Source: Tatumella morbirosei (GTDB taxonomy: Bacteria > Pseudomonadota > Gammaproteobacteria > Enterobacterales > Enterobacteriaceae). Taken from it: a stretch of DNA of 24,000 nt. The stretch lies in contig NZ_JPKR02000004.1 in NCBI RefSeq assembly GCF_000757425.2, positions 759,941 to 783,940 on the forward strand. The letters are read 5' to 3'. The number at the start of each line of letters is the position of its first letter. Within the stretch, counting starts at the first letter, position 1. The translations under genes and the position numbers were made by a program. This document shows, piece after piece, positions 23,969 to 24,000 of this stretch. The notes under the pieces are model-generated. The model was not told the origin of the DNA and ran no database searches. It saw nothing but the letters and a program-made list of their open reading frames with translations.

Positions 23969-24000
23969 ATGCCGGAATGGGTCGGAGATAAGCTGTTTTT
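23969..24000 (+). CDS. Possible 5' end of a CDS running off the window (MPEWVGDKLF...)
   Basis: ATG 23969 has GGAG 6 nt upstream and is divergent from the ADH gene. Only 10 codons are visible, so neither reality nor function can be judged. Confidence 0.2.
   Translation, partial: MPEWVGDKLF

Noticed and set aside
1-24000. tRNA/rRNA genes, CRISPR arrays, IS elements, integrases, phage or known defence-system genes
   Set aside because: I saw no cloverleaf-like or rRNA-like segments, no regularly spaced direct repeats, and no transposase, integrase, nuclease, helicase or reverse-transcriptase-like ORFs in any frame of the ORF track.

Overview
The window reads as chromosomal DNA from an Enterobacterales-like gammaproteobacterium, judged from how closely the Kdp proteins track E. 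coli. It has three parts. (1) 1-2 kb holds a LysR-type regulator divergent from an Asp-nucleophile alpha/beta hydrolase. (2) 2.05-9.83 kb holds a complete kdpFABCDE potassium-uptake locus on the minus strand. It shows the usual start/stop overlaps and a recognisable KdpE direct-repeat box upstream of kdpF. (3) 10-24 kb is a patchwork of small, functionally unrelated mono- or bicistronic units separated by AT-rich spacers. These units are: a lipoprotein preceded by a tiny second lipobox ORF; a xylose-isomerase-like TIM-barrel enzyme; a small membrane-anchored protein that I think is YebF/colicin-M-immunity-like; an AraC regulator divergent from SnoaL-like and YjbQ genes; YceI; a Maa-type acetyltransferase; a stand-alone type-2 (actinobacterial/pseudomonad-type) 2-isopropylmalate synthase; a second AraC regulator; a DUF1311/LprI-like protein; a small secreted His/Met-rich protein divergent from a TonB-dependent receptor; a translationally coupled cluster-A substrate-binding protein; and a YahK-like Zn alcohol dehydrogenase. 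I found no tRNA, rRNA, CRISPR array, transposase, integrase or phage genes, and no clear multi-gene defence system. The best candidates for something undescribed are three. First, the His/Met-rich mini-protein, TonB-dependent receptor and orphan binding protein module, with its roughly 500-bp structured, repeat-bearing divergent control region. Second, the orphan Cmi/YebF-like gene. Third, the orphan type-2 LeuA paralog. All functional calls rest on motif recognition by eye and on remembered family sequences, and none has been checked by a database search.
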